DNA from: Hormiphora californensis
Lineage: Eukaryota > Animalia > Ctenophora
Direction: 5' to 3'
NCBI GenBank assembly: GCA_020137815.1
Contig: CM035350.1
Span: 9,114,001-9,178,000 of the forward strand
Length of the DNA stretch: 64,000 nt
Numbering within the stretch: the stretch's first letter is position 1; each line of letters opens with the position of its first letter. The notes under the pieces are model-generated. The model saw only the letters and a program-made list of their open reading frames with translations, was not told the origin of the DNA and did not search any database. Both the position numbers and the translations under genes were made by a program. Positions 63,905-64,000 of this stretch are shown here, piece after piece.

Positions 63905-64000
63905 ATGACGGGCCCGAACAGCCTCTCGATAAATGATGGTAAAGCAGGCATGGAAGGGTTGGACAAGGAGAAAGTGAACGAGATAATCAGAGAGGCCAGC
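63905..64000 (+). CDS. POLK: DNA polymerase kappa, N-terminus (runs off window)
   Basis: MTGPNSLSINDGKAGMEGLDKEKVNEIIREAS matches the Pol kappa N-clasp motif NDNKAGMEGLDKEKINKII; AG acceptor directly before the ATG. Confidence 0.85.
   Translation, partial: MTGPNSLSINDGKAGMEGLDKEKVNEIIREAS

Overview
Intron-rich, repeat-dense animal genomic DNA, not prokaryotic. A marine invertebrate, plausibly a ctenophore, is inferred only from genome style (compact introns, nested gene, many foldback elements). Gene models were spliced by eye from GT-AG boundaries. In order: (1) EVC-like gene (-); (2) a secreted LRR / ~15 Sushi(CCP) / trypsin-type mosaic protease (-); (3) EVC2/limbin-like gene (+) with an enlarged ectodomain, divergent from EVC; (4) Boule/DAZ-family RRM gene (+); (5) two tandem LITAF-domain genes (-); (6) a DOMON + cytochrome b561 reductase gene (-) whose 8-kb intron hosts (7) an antisense nested F-type lectin/CCP/C-type lectin/CCP gene; (8) a CGRRF1-like RING gene split inside a zinc-ligand Cys codon by an intact full-length CR1-like LINE; (9) the start of POLK. 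Introns hold hAT-, Tc1/mariner-, Harbinger-, Kolobok- and piggyBac-like non-autonomous elements, LTR remnants and satellites. The best leads are the divergent EVC-EVC2 pair with the protease gene between them, the LRR-CCP-protease architecture, the nested dual-lectin gene, the LINE knockout allele and the Boule homolog. All family assignments come from motif recognition, not database searches.
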